A stretch of 61,616 nucleotides of DNA, the filler included, from Sphacelaria rigidula (taxonomy: Eukaryota), in NCBI GenBank assembly GCA_964200075.2. It is 11 parts of 11 records of this genome, joined end to end, with 100 filler letters (N's around TTAATTAATTAA, not from the genome) between each part and the next. Parts side by side here need not be neighbours in the genome. Positions count along the whole stretch, not along the records: positions 56,107 to 61,616 come from CAXNAA020026745.1; 10 more parts are not named here. One strand, written 5' to 3'. The translations under genes were made by a program, and so were the position numbers. A model generated the notes under the pieces. That model was not told the origin of the DNA and searched no databases. It saw nothing but the letters and a program-made list of their open reading frames with translations. Positions within the stretch are counted from its first letter, which is position 1. Each line of letters starts with the position of its first letter. Of this stretch, positions 61,131 to 61,616 are shown piece after piece.

Positions 61131-61616
61131 CCCCTTCGACAAGAATGACCTAGAGGCCCGAATTTAAGCATCTCCAACAGTGGAGAGCAAGCATATCGTG
61201 GGTACACAAAAAACACGACCTCACGATCGTCGAGGGAAAGGGACGGCCGAATTCTCCCCACCGGAAAAAAAAAGCGAGCACTGTACGAGTATAAGGAAAT
61301 TGGGGTGTTAAGAAAGAAAGTCTTTGTGGACCCTCTTGTGTGACCCCGGTTAACCCTTTTGGGACCGGACCCCCACTAACACAGGGTTGGCCCTGTGTTA
61401 GTGGAATAATAAAAAATAAGTCTTCGAGCGACCTACCCAATCACAGCGGGGCGAAATTCATCGACCAGACCCGAACGACCAGCGCGGGGATTGTTGTCGG
61501 ATGTGATGCCACTGCACAGTGTTATTCCTTTTCAATATTATGGAGGCGGTGTGTTGATCATATAAATAATCCGAAACGGCGAAACACTTTGAGATGGTCA
61601 TGGTCCAAGGCCTAAC

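Overview
This window is not one locus. It is 11 unrelated eukaryotic contigs of about 5.51 kb, sorted by decreasing length (5512, 5511 x4, 5510 x6) and joined by an artificial 100-nt linker (N-run, TTAATTAATTAA, N-run). Spliceosomal introns, CAG/poly-C tracts and the repeat content suggest a brown alga or related stramenopile (inference). Most of the sequence is transposon-derived: a decayed Copia element, two Gypsy RT/RNase H fragments, LINE tails and SINE-like repeats, a plant-type mariner, a P-superfamily transposase remnant, two probable KDZ transposase remnants and several MITE/foldback families, including TTAA-flanked piggyBac-type MITEs. Host gene fragments include a 4-exon coiled-coil RING E3 ligase, two ABCG transporter exons, a polyQ + A_thal_3526-domain exon and a B-box-like exon. 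The best candidate for an unusual system is a frameshifted Fanzor/TnpB-like gene (about 31127 to 29171, minus strand) followed by a hairpin-rich putative omega-RNA ending in TTCA. All family calls were made by eye from motifs; no searches were run.
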